Of a stretch of 64,000 bases of DNA, positions 63,724-64,000 are shown in pieces. The stretch lies in NCBI GenBank assembly GCA_964057225.1, contig OZ059899.1, positions 19,716,001 through 19,780,000 on the forward strand, read 5' to 3'. How positions within the stretch are numbered: position 1 is the first letter of the stretch; every line of letters starts with the position of its first letter. A program made the translations under genes and the position numbers. The DNA is from Auanema rhodensis (lineage: Eukaryota > Animalia > Nematoda). The notes under the pieces were generated by a model. That model was not told the origin of the DNA. It saw nothing but the letters and a program-made list of their open reading frames with translations, and did no database searches.

Positions 63724-64000
63724 TTTTCACGGCAAAGACGATGGACAAAGTTATTCAACGAAAAAATTAATTCTGCAGGGTGAAAATCGAGGATATAAGT
63801 GTGAACTTATATCAGTTGATATCTCGGTGCATTTTTAAGCTAGCGCAAATCTGATAACACAGATCGACGCAGCTTAAAAATCCGCATCGAATGCACTATA
63901 CTACATTGAGAAACGCTTAATACAAAAATTAGTTATGATCGTTTGAAAAATGATGCATTAGTGTATGTTGAGTTTCCATGTACACCCAACATAGCTTCCA

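Larger units (their letters stand above)
1..64000. repeat. Tandem satellite DNA array, 351-bp monomer, about 182 copies, head-to-tail, running off both window edges
   Basis: The same sequence (catcgaatgcactatactacattgagaaacg...gcagcttaaaaatccg) recurs every 351 bp. ORF-track starts 59, 410, 761... keep exact multiples of 351 bp, apart from +1 shifts at 52710 and 61486. Most monomers carry single PstI (pos 240), EcoRV (285), NheI (306) and BsrGI (95) sites. Confidence 0.99.

Noticed and set aside
59-63783. Repeated 63-aa + strand ORF (MKNDALVYVEFPCTLN...) as a multicopy gene
   Set aside because: It starts at TTG, has no recognisable domain and is K/F/I/N-rich as expected from A/T tracts. Many common variants are non-synonymous. 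Fifteen monomers carry premature stops at about five sites (e.g. 10589, 17960, 23225, 28841, 44285), and several of these alleles were themselves duplicated.
1-64000. CRISPR array or other repeat-spacer system
   Set aside because: There are no unique spacers: the entire 351 bp is repeated, variation is limited to SNPs, and no cas or other genes are present.
1-64000. Giant tandem-repeat protein gene (351 is divisible by 3)
   Set aside because: The ORF track shows nothing longer than 89 aa, and stop codons recur in every monomer, so no frame reads through units.

Overview
The whole 64 kb window is one uninterrupted head-to-tail satellite DNA array: about 182.3 copies of a 351-bp AT-rich monomer (about 32% GC by hand count of the consensus), all in the same orientation and differing by only a few substitutions each. 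I found no unique sequence, spacer, transposon insertion, inversion, RNA gene or credible protein-coding gene. The repeated 63-aa and 78-89-aa ORFs are most likely by-products of the repeat. It looks like a eukaryotic heterochromatic or (peri)centromeric satellite, but I cannot assign an organism or a named family. Four aspects stand out. (1) Most of the monomer is built from successive inverted repeats, including a 67-nt imperfect hairpin and a 9-bp stem with a GTGA loop. (2) Monomer length is almost invariant: one +1 allele, present in two copies. (3) Diagnostic SNPs reveal overlapping duplications with periods or offsets of 2, 5, 7, 8, 9, 10, 23, 25 and 33 monomers, a recurring monomer order, and in-register recombinant monomers. 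(4) Variant composition changes at about 15-17 kb, splitting the array into two sub-domains. No novel gene system is supported by the sequence.
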